From Craspedostauros australis (lineage: Eukaryota), in NCBI GenBank assembly GCA_030167865.1, contig JALAGF010001547.1, forward strand, positions 1 to 34,900: 34,900 nucleotides of DNA, in the 5' to 3' direction. Each line of letters opens with the position of its first letter. Within the stretch, counting starts at the first letter, position 1. Under the pieces are notes generated by a model, which saw nothing but the letters and a program-made list of their open reading frames with translations, was not told the origin of the DNA and searched no databases. Position numbers and translations under genes: made by a program. Positions 32,331 to 34,900 of this stretch are shown here, piece after piece.

Positions 32331-32865
32331 TGTTACCAAAACTGACATAGGAACTGACATCAGAGAATGACATCAGAGGATCGTCACTGCAATCCGAGGA
32401 ATCAAGATTATGTGGTAGTCATGGTATTCTGGCATGTCTAGTGACGCCAGGTGCATCAGTGAGCACGTGGTAACAACAACTAGGAGATAGTCTTATGATG
32501 TCAGGGATGATGCAAGCATCCTGCTGACATTGACAGGTTGAGATATATGGATCCTATGAGGTTCCAAGATCAGGCAAGACCAGACAAGACTAGACAAGAT
32601 CAGGCAGAGATGTGAAAAGACCCAAAGGGGGAGAATAACATGAGATACTGTGCAGAGCAGAGTGACAACCCTGGGCAACAGAGTAGAAAGTATGCACAAT
32701 GTAACACGATGACATCGAGCGGATCAGTAGGAAGACCCGATGATAAACCACGGTAGAATCGGACAAGATAGTAGAAATGATGCGGAATGCATCGACTTAG
32801 GATGATGAGATCTTGTTCTCACAATCTCATCAATCATCAATCATCAATCGAATACACCACTAACA
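32331..32865. mobile_element. Possible solo-LTR-like retrotransposon remnant
   Basis: 535-bp purine-rich segment bounded by TGTTA...TAACA, with internal short direct repeats (tgacatcagag x2, caagatcaggca x2, atcaatc x3). No target-site duplication, primer-binding site or pol ORF was seen, so support is weak. Confidence 0.3.
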
Positions 32866-34230
32866 TTAACAACACAACCACCAAACATAGCAGACTTCAC
32901 CTGACGGATTGATCACCCTGGCGGCGTAGTACGTGCAGTGTTTGGCGCCCTGACCTGTATGCAATTGACGGTTCTCAGGAACTAACATTTGACATGGCAT
33001 CTTCAATGCAGGATGTGCTGGTCTTGGATCAAAAGCAAGACCATTCTGCAATTGAAACAGGACTAAGACTTGGAACAGTTGCGCCTCCACCCCAACAATC
33101 GAAGAATCAGCTCTCAAAGCTGCCAAGAGCAATGAAGCATCGTGATTTCATCACCTGAGATTGTGGAGATATTTTCCAAATGCACAAGACCATGAACAGC
33201 GACAACCAACAGCAGAGCAGTGTGATGACCAGCCCATCTCGTTTTCCTCTCCAACCTTCAACCAAAATAATCTCATAAAAACAACAATCCTACAAACTCA
33301 AGCTTTACAATCACCAAACCAACTCAAAAAGCATTCTCAATCGTCTCATCTACGTTCGTGGTTCCACTACAAATTACCACGCTGACGTTGGCAGTTTCAA
33401 TTCCCCTTTGACCTGCCAAAGTCCGACACTAGAAGGCAAAGACAGACACAACCAGACTTCTATTGCCCTATATTTTCGTTTTCTGTTTTGTGAATTGTGT
33501 TGTACAGTTGGGACAGACTTAACTCCAGGATACGCCTGCCCAGTCGTGTACATCGTGTTCGGTGCATCTACCCACTTGTGGGATAGAATGATTCCAGAGG
33601 TGCGGTGCGCAGTTGGACTTGTAGGCTGCACTTGCGACACCTGCAACCCACCAGCAGCTGTTGAATGATTGACCAGCCATCTTGCCCCAAGGGAACAAGT
33701 GTGTGTTCAATGACATCATGTACAACAGCCGGCGGGGCAGCTGGCAACGCAACTAGCTCAAGAGGAGGACGTCAGGATCCTCCATCCTCTCTCTCTCTCC
33801 TTCAAGGCAACCCACTAGCCAATCAAATTAGACAGCCGCTCCAACAGGATCAGGAGTTGCCCTTGAAGCGTATCTATATTAAAGATCAAGCTCTGTTCTG
33901 CGATAGCACCTCTGACAATGGCATCTATGGACCAACAACGACGTAATACGATAAAGTCAGAACGGCTGAAGCACGAAAGCATGAATCCTTCCTTTTTACT
34001 CGATCGTCCCATCAATAGCACACTAAATATCATAAGAAAGCAATATGAAGCATCTTCACAGCTGTACCCCTCATCTACTAAGTTACACCATCGTCTGCAA
34101 TCGCTTTGTCCTCAACATCAAACGGCGTCAAAACCGGTTGAGGGACAGACTCGCATTCTAAACAAACGTGCAAAAGACACGGAAATACCAATTGGTAGCT
34201 GCGAGCTGCAATTTGTCAGGAATCGGGTGT

Positions 34231-34305
34231 TCTGAAACACCAAATTGCCGCACCTCCCACATGTGAGATACCGATCGTTTTGAAATGCTATATTACCGCA
34301 CCTCC
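34231..34305. repeat. Imperfect direct repeat with ~48-bp period
   Basis: tctgaaacaccaaattgccgcacctccc versus tttgaaatgctatattaccgcacctccc. Confidence 0.6.
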
Positions 34306-34900
34306 CTGTTTGGATCTTTGTCACAGAAAAATGTGAGCTGCTTGATTGAGGCGAAGAACACGGCATGACGAATGCGAACTGGATCATGACGTTCGTGAGC
34401 TCAATGCAGGAATGGGAGCCACATGTGTATGTCGCAGGGGGCGGCGATGTTGGATTCGTGACCAGCATCACGATACGTGCGACTACTGCCCCTAAGTCAC
34501 AACGAACAAGAAAATAGTATTCTGACAGGAACAGGGTCACGAAGTATGAAATGGCACATGTGCAAATCCCACATGAGAAACTGGCAAGTGTTGAGTGATA
34601 ATGGATGATTGTTGCACCACGAGAAATTGTGAGAGCAGCCGTCCGCCCGTGAGAACAGTAACCCCAACCTGTTTTTGTGGAACGTGGAGATGGCAATCCG
34701 ATGTCGAGATGTACATGTGAGTATACGTCAAGATGTACGTGTATATGTGCATCGTTCACCCGCTATTCTCTCATACGCACTTGGACGGTATAACTACATT
34801 CGTGTCGATAGTATATTGTGATTCGTCAGAATTACAGGGGAAATGGAACACACGAAAAGGGGCAAGATTTCTGGAGGAAATTTGCAAATAACGATTTCTG

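Noticed and set aside
32866-34759. Short ORFs in the terminal region, including 34118-34759(-)
   Set aside because: No recognisable transposase, RT, integrase or other motifs; lengths are compatible with chance.

Overview
Eukaryotic genomic DNA with GT-AG introns, most consistent with a diatom or related stramenopile (inferred from gene content). There are five supportable protein genes. (1) A minus-strand, low-complexity Ser/Thr/Pro-rich ORF from 2738 that runs off the left edge and is absent from the supplied ORF track. (2) A 5-exon, ~2504-aa secreted protein (5839-14526, +) fusing a fragmented DUF1800 domain, a DUF1501 domain, bacterial-type TSP3 Ca-binding repeats, a Pro/Ser/Thr stalk and a polybasic RRRRR site. 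(3) A 256-aa hypothetical protein built from YW[D/E]W modules (-). (4) A 3-exon, ~2663-aa CENP-E/kinesin-7-like motor ending in a CaaX box, CQQS (-). (5) Head-to-head with it, a 3-exon, ~1121-aa ankyrin-repeat/class II histone deacetylase fusion (+). Splice sites were worked out by hand and all restore conserved reading frames. The last ~4 kb looks non-coding or degenerate and may hold a solo-LTR-like remnant. No rRNA, tRNA or CRISPR array was seen. Family names come from motif recognition, not from database searches.
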